In this document: in pieces, positions 59,600 through 64,000 of the stretch | How positions within the stretch are numbered: position 1 is the first letter of the stretch | Layout: the number at the start of each line of letters is the position of its first letter | Assembly: GCA_937923565.1 (NCBI GenBank) | Contig: CALDTX010000070.1 | Coordinates: 9,219-73,218 of the forward strand | DNA: 64,000 nucleotides | From: an uncultured Granulosicoccaceae bacterium | Lineage (GTDB): Bacteria > Pseudomonadota > Gammaproteobacteria > Granulosicoccales > Granulosicoccaceae | Reading direction: 5' to 3' | Program-made: the position numbers and the translations under genes | Notes under the pieces: model-generated | What the model was told of the DNA's origin: nothing | The model's input: the letters and a program-made list of their open reading frames with translations, nothing else | Databases searched by the model: none

Positions 59600-61045
59600 C
59601 TATATTTTTACATTGTTAGATAGGTTTGCCGCCTTATGTGCAAATTCAAGCGGACCATCCCAATCAAAGTTTCGATAAACAGCGGCTAATTGTGCAAACG
59701 GAGGTGATTGCGCAAAAAGTTGGAAAGTCAGCCTGTGACCAGCGTAGTCTGAGTTCAGTAGATCCCGTGCTAATGCCAGAAGCTTGCGCCTGTCATCAGC
59801 AACCCAGCGTTCATTAATCGTGTAGAACTTATCCATCCAAGGCTTGGTTTCTTCTGAACTAAACGTTGCGGCATCTGGCGTTACACAAATTTGACCACCG
59901 CACAGTTCACGCGCCATATGCATCATTCGAGGTAAATTGCTTAACGCATGCACGCGTCCAGAGAACAACAATGACTGATTAGGCATTAGCAAACCATTCG
60001 GGCTTTTCTCGGCCGTCGCTATAGCAGCTGTTAAAAACGCATTAATACCTTCGCGCCATACGGCTAGTTCAGACAGTTTTTCCTGTACGGCTTGCTGCTT
60101 TTCTAAACCCGTTTGCTTTACATTCCACAAGGCGGCACCAATGATTAAATCGGCATACGATAAGGTTCTTTGTACAAAAGCAAATGCCGAATAGCGGTGC
60201 AGCGTTGCTCTTATAAAACTAGCCGCTTTGGTATGCTGATAAAAAAGAACATCCTCCCAGGGAACCAATACATCATCCAAGATCATCAAAGTATCAATCT
60301 CATCAACTCTATTCGACAACGGATAATCGTCTGCACTACCTCTACCAGCAAAACCGGCACGGCAGATATGCTTCACACCCGGCGCATTCATATGCACAAT
60401 GCAGCCCAGCGCATAATCTGAAAGTTCTGAATTTCCCCAGTTTGCAATAGTTGGTTTTAAAAACGCCTGATTAGAATAGGAGGCCGCTGTTTCATACTTT
60501 GCACCACGAATAATTATGCCTGCATCCGTTTCCTTAACAACGTGAACCAACATATCCGGATCTTGATCTTGTGGCGCTTTTGAACGATCACCCTTAGGGT
60601 CAGTATTCGCAGACACATGAAACGGATCGGCTTGAATGGCTAAATGAATGTGCTTTTCTATGTTCTTGGCAAAACGTGGATCAATTTCATTGAGTATGTC
60701 TTTACCGTCCCACAGTGACCACATTTCACCGATGGTTTCATCGCCAAGGCGTGTGGCAACACCGCCGATGTCGTGCATCAGCGCATCAACCGCATTCCGT
60801 TTGTCATGCCAGTCTTGTTGTTCATAGGGTAGCTTCAAACCAATCGCAAAACGCTCACCTTCAGCCTCGTAGGTGGTAGACGCTTGTAGGTCTTTATCGT
60901 GTTGAAGATCGTACATCCGGGCACGGATATCAATAATGGGCTTGAACTGCGGGTGAACCGTTGGATCCTCAACGCGCTGTCCGCCCATCCATATTTCACG
61001 ACCATCCTGAATTGAACGTTTGTATTCATCACCGGTACGTATCAT
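59600..61045 (-). CDS. 4-hydroxyphenylacetate 3-hydroxylase-family (HpaB-like, group D) flavin monooxygenase
   Basis: MIRTGDEYKRSIQDGREIW, TDPKGDRS, GIIIRGAK, DYPLS..DEID and DDVLVPWE. Confidence 0.87.
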   Translation of the reverse strand: MIRTGDEYKRSIQDGREIWMGGQRVEDPTVHPQFKPIIDIRARMYDLQHDKDLQASTTYEAEGERFAIGLKLPYEQQDWHDKRNAVDALMHDIGGVATRLGDETIGEMWSLWDGKDILNEIDPRFAKNIEKHIHLAIQADPFHVSANTDPKGDRSKAPQDQDPDMLVHVVKETDAGIIIRGAKYETAASYSNQAFLKPTIANWGNSELSDYALGCIVHMNAPGVKHICRAGFAGRGSADDYPLSNRVDEIDTLMILDDVLVPWEDVLFYQHTKAASFIRATLHRYSAFAFVQRTLSYADLIIGAALWNVKQTGLEKQQAVQEKLSELAVWREGINAFLTAAIATAEKSPNGLLMPNQSLLFSGRVHALSNLPRMMHMARELCGGQICVTPDAATFSSEETKPWMDKFYTINERWVADDRRKLLALARDLLNSDYAGHRLTFQLFAQSPPFAQLAAVYRNFDWDGPLEFAHKAANLSNNVKI

Positions 61046-61083
61046 CTGGCTTTCCCTATGGGTCAATAATTAAATTAGACAGC

Positions 61084-61146
61084 ATAGGTGCATCTATGGC
61101 ATAAATATAATTAATTCTATTTTATATTTAAATAGATTTTAGCTAT
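61084..61146. promoter_or_regulatory. Putative LysR boxes in the divergent promoter
   Basis: ATAG-N7-CTAT (61132-61146, T-N11-A) and ATAG-N6-CTAT (61084-61097) in an AT-rich intergenic region. Confidence 0.55.
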
Positions 61147-61156
61147 GTAGAGAAAA

Positions 61157-62065
61157 ATGACGCCATTTACCCTTCGCCAACTCGAATATTTCGTTGCCTG
61201 CTACGATAATCGCTCGATCGCTGCGGCCGCAGAGGCTATTCAGGTAACACAGCCCACCATTTCAATTGCAATCACCAAGCTAGAATCGCAGCTGGATACA
61301 CAGCTGTTTATTCGACACCATTCTCAGGGCATATCCCCAACTGCGTCAGCCAACCTCCTGGTGCAATCTGCACGCAGCTTGTTATCCGGCGCTGCCGAGT
61401 TTCAGGAAATGGCCAATAGCACCCACCCGGAAATAGCGGGCACACTTACGCTGGGCAGTTTTATTTCATTGGCTCCGCGGTATCTTCCGGGCCTGCTAGC
61501 AAAACTGCAGACCGATCATCCTCAGTTTCATTTAAGAATCAAAGAAAACACACAAGACCAACTAACCACGGCGCTATTACGTGGAGACATCGAAATGGCG
61601 CTGATGTACAACATTAACCTGGCACCTGAACTCAGCAAAACGCACTTGTCGAAGGCTGCGCCCTATGTAGCACTGCCGGCAGACCACCCATTCGCTCATC
61701 ACTCGAGCATCGAGCTTACTGCTTTGGCAAATGAGCCGCTAATCCTCTTTGATGTAGAGCCAAGCCGGGCTTACTTTCTTGGTTTACTCAACGATGCCGG
61801 CGTTACGCCTAACGTCGCATTTAGCTCACCTTCACTTGAATTAGTAAGAGGCATGGTTGGCAAGGGTTTTGGATATTCGCTACTGGTAACCAAACCTGCC
61901 AGCAATCTTTCCTATACTGGTGAGAAGGTAGTTGCCGTTCCAATAAGCAATGCAACCCAAGCGAGTGAAATCGTTTTGGCCAAGGTTGCATCATTACGGC
62001 ACACCAAATTAATGCAAACACTTGAAGACAGCGCTATTGACTATTTTTCGTCTATACCATCATGA
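61157..62065 (+). CDS. LysR-family transcriptional regulator
   Basis: TLRQLEYF..AAAEAIQVTQPTISIAITKLE..LFIR HTH. Divergent from the catabolic operon. Confidence 0.95.
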   Translation: MTPFTLRQLEYFVACYDNRSIAAAAEAIQVTQPTISIAITKLESQLDTQLFIRHHSQGISPTASANLLVQSARSLLSGAAEFQEMANSTHPEIAGTLTLGSFISLAPRYLPGLLAKLQTDHPQFHLRIKENTQDQLTTALLRGDIEMALMYNINLAPELSKTHLSKAAPYVALPADHPFAHHSSIELTALANEPLILFDVEPSRAYFLGLLNDAGVTPNVAFSSPSLELVRGMVGKGFGYSLLVTKPASNLSYTGEKVVAVPISNATQASEIVLAKVASLRHTKLMQTLEDSAIDYFSSIPS

Positions 62066-63219
62066 TTAAACGACTTTATAGTCAAGTAATGTTAGCTCTG
62101 TGCGGCTTGGTCGTTAGCGCAACCAACATCGCCGACCAAGGTGTCAGCGGCAATATTGGGGTACAAAGCCAACTCTTTACGCAGAGTAAAGCTCTTGGTT
62201 TAAAGCAAACACTGGGTCCCTCTTTTTTCGGCCAATTCGAATACTACAAAGATGTTCAAAACAGCAATCATCGTTTCACCATTACACCGTTTTTCCGTTG
62301 GGATAAAAACGACCCAACGCGCTCCCACGTTGATCTCAGAGAGCTCAAGTTCAGTACCTACACAGACAACCATGAATTTGAAATAGGCATTGGAAAAGTA
62401 TTTTGGGGTGTCGCAGAATCCCAGAATATCGTTAATATTATTAACCAGCGCGACACCGCAGAAGGCCCGCTCAGTACTGAAGCACAAGGGCAAGCCATGC
62501 TTCACTACAGCTACTTAAACAACTCTGGAAATTTAGAGTTTTTTATCTTACCGTGGTTTAGACCCCAGACATTTACCGGTGAAAAAGGCCGGCCCGGTCG
62601 GTTAACTACGATTGACGCAGAGGCTGCGCAATTTGAATCTGGCCATAAAGAATTTCATACCGACTTCGCCGTTCGATATTCAGGTAATACAGAATACTGG
62701 GACTATGGCGTTAGCTACTTCAATGGCACATCACGTCAAGCCGATCTACGCCTTCGTACCGATCAAACACAAGTGCCTTTTTATTATCAAGTTCAACATT
62801 TTGGGCTCGACGCCCAAGCCACCTATGACAACTGGTTACTCAAGCTGGAAGCCGTCCATCAACAAGCCAGCGTGGTTAGGGATCACAACAAACTTGTAAC
62901 AGGTTTTGAATACAGCTTTTACGGCATCAGAGATACCGCATGGGACGTTGGTGTTGTGGCCGAATATATTTATGATGGTTTGGGTGAAATCGATTTCTCA
63001 ATATTGCAAAACGATTTACTGCTTGGCGTCAGACTAACGCTCAATGATGAGCAATCCACCGAAGCACTGATTGTTACTACTTACGATTTTGAATCAGGCG
63101 CTCAATTTTTTACGTTAAGGGGTAGCAGGCGCATTAGCTCAACCTACAAGACAGTGGTAGAAGTTGCCACATTTGAATTTGAACAATATTACGCCGCAAG
63201 TTTGCAATGGTATTTTTGA
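62062..63219 (+). CDS. Putative outer-membrane beta-barrel protein
   Basis: Signal peptide, amphipathic aromatic strands, GKVFWG and C-terminal ..SLQWYF signature. Confidence 0.7.
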   Translation: MIKRLYSQVMLALCGLVVSATNIADQGVSGNIGVQSQLFTQSKALGLKQTLGPSFFGQFEYYKDVQNSNHRFTITPFFRWDKNDPTRSHVDLRELKFSTYTDNHEFEIGIGKVFWGVAESQNIVNIINQRDTAEGPLSTEAQGQAMLHYSYLNNSGNLEFFILPWFRPQTFTGEKGRPGRLTTIDAEAAQFESGHKEFHTDFAVRYSGNTEYWDYGVSYFNGTSRQADLRLRTDQTQVPFYYQVQHFGLDAQATYDNWLLKLEAVHQQASVVRDHNKLVTGFEYSFYGIRDTAWDVGVVAEYIYDGLGEIDFSILQNDLLLGVRLTLNDEQSTEALIVTTYDFESGAQFFTLRGSRRISSTYKTVVEVATFEFEQYYAASLQWYF

Positions 63220-63282
63220 GTCAAGCAGCAGCTTGAGCGCGCTTCTTAGTAGACTAAACACTAAACACTAAAGCGATGGAAA

Positions 63283-64000
63283 CTAGGCCTCTAAACGAAT
63301 GGTCTCTAGCCGAGCATAAGCGAACTCGGTAAAAAAACCATGCAATAAAAAACGTTGACCCAAATTTTTCGGCCCTTGAAGATACAAAGGAAACTGGTTA
63401 TAAGCCATCTCCGTCATGGATGGATCTCCAATAATCTGACCAATTCTTATTGCTATTGATTGATCCAAATTAAAACCGTTAATGGCATCGCGATACTCTT
63501 GCCGTGTGAGCAATAGACAAAAGATACACATGAACAAGGCATGAGCGCTTTCAAAATCGAAAACCTGAGTCCATTTTCTTTCCGGCTCCATATTACTGAG
63601 ATTGAGCGGTTTCCAATTTGTCCAATTTAATGCTGAACTCGGTGTTGGTTCGGTCATTTCCGTCCAATGGCCAAGCTCTTTCATCATTCGAAAAAGCTCT
63701 TGATCGTGATCGACAAAGCTGGCGGCAATCATTTGATCGATGGTTTGCGGATACAACTCCACGCTAACCGGTTTATTGCCAGGTGTATTGTCTGCCAGAA
63801 AATTGAGTACGTTCGATTCAGTGGCCTAGTGACGCAGTATTAACGTATTAGCTTCCGGGCTAACAAAGTGCTTACAAAACCAGCAGATTAACTTTTGCAG
63901 GGGTTTGTGAGCACTAAACTGCGGAAGTGGTAAACACTTTAAAAACCAGACAATATGCAGCAGTATGCTAAACACAAATTGAAGTATTGGTCGAAGCCAC
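63283..64000 (-). pseudogene. Hypothetical protein entering from beyond the window, interrupted by an in-frame TAG
   Basis: The frame of ORF 63283-63762 is open up to the window edge except for one TAG at 63826-63828 (..VSPEANTLILRH*ATESNVLNFL..). Confidence 0.65.

Noticed and set aside
550-62899. Numerous short alternative-frame and antisense ORFs in the ORF track (e.g. 5926-6387, 16040-16606, 42118-42558)
   Set aside because: They overlap well-supported genes and show no recognisable motifs, so they are treated as shadow ORFs.
31933-64000. Amber (TAG) recoding suggested by two in-frame TAGs
   Set aside because: Many intact genes here end in TAG at the expected C-terminus (holA, idnD, P450, flippase), and no suppressor tRNA or pyl genes are visible. 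Point mutations or sequence errors are simpler.

Overview
A gene-dense 64-kb bacterial chromosomal segment, very probably from a marine/environmental gammaproteobacterium (inferred from the ntrBC, asnS, holA, pyrD, truC and yigZ sequences). I found no rRNA, tRNA, CRISPR array, prophage or transposase. The left part is mostly housekeeping: ntrBC with NtrC boxes and a sigma54-type promoter, asnS, holA, pyrD, a divergent deacetylase/Pat acetyltransferase pair and a SWIM-SNF2 helicase. The strongest candidate for an undescribed system is a five-gene minus-strand cluster at 33.9-41.7 kb. It encodes a DegT aminotransferase, a Wzx-type flippase, an orphan EctB, a condensation-less NRPS (A-PCP-hydrolase fold) whose binding-pocket code looks 2,4-diaminobutyrate-specific, and a Cys-elbow alpha/beta hydrolase, which together suggest diaminobutyryl decoration of a surface glycan. 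Other unusual items are an ABC exporter with one active and one dead permease-metallopeptidase fusion, a pore-less voltage-sensor protein, a sensor-less pseudokinase, an orphan neuC-SDR-DMT islet and a P450 lacking the I-helix Thr. There is also a LysR-controlled HpaB/RidA/Rieske/DUF1028/ABC catabolic cluster and two genes broken by single in-frame TAG codons.
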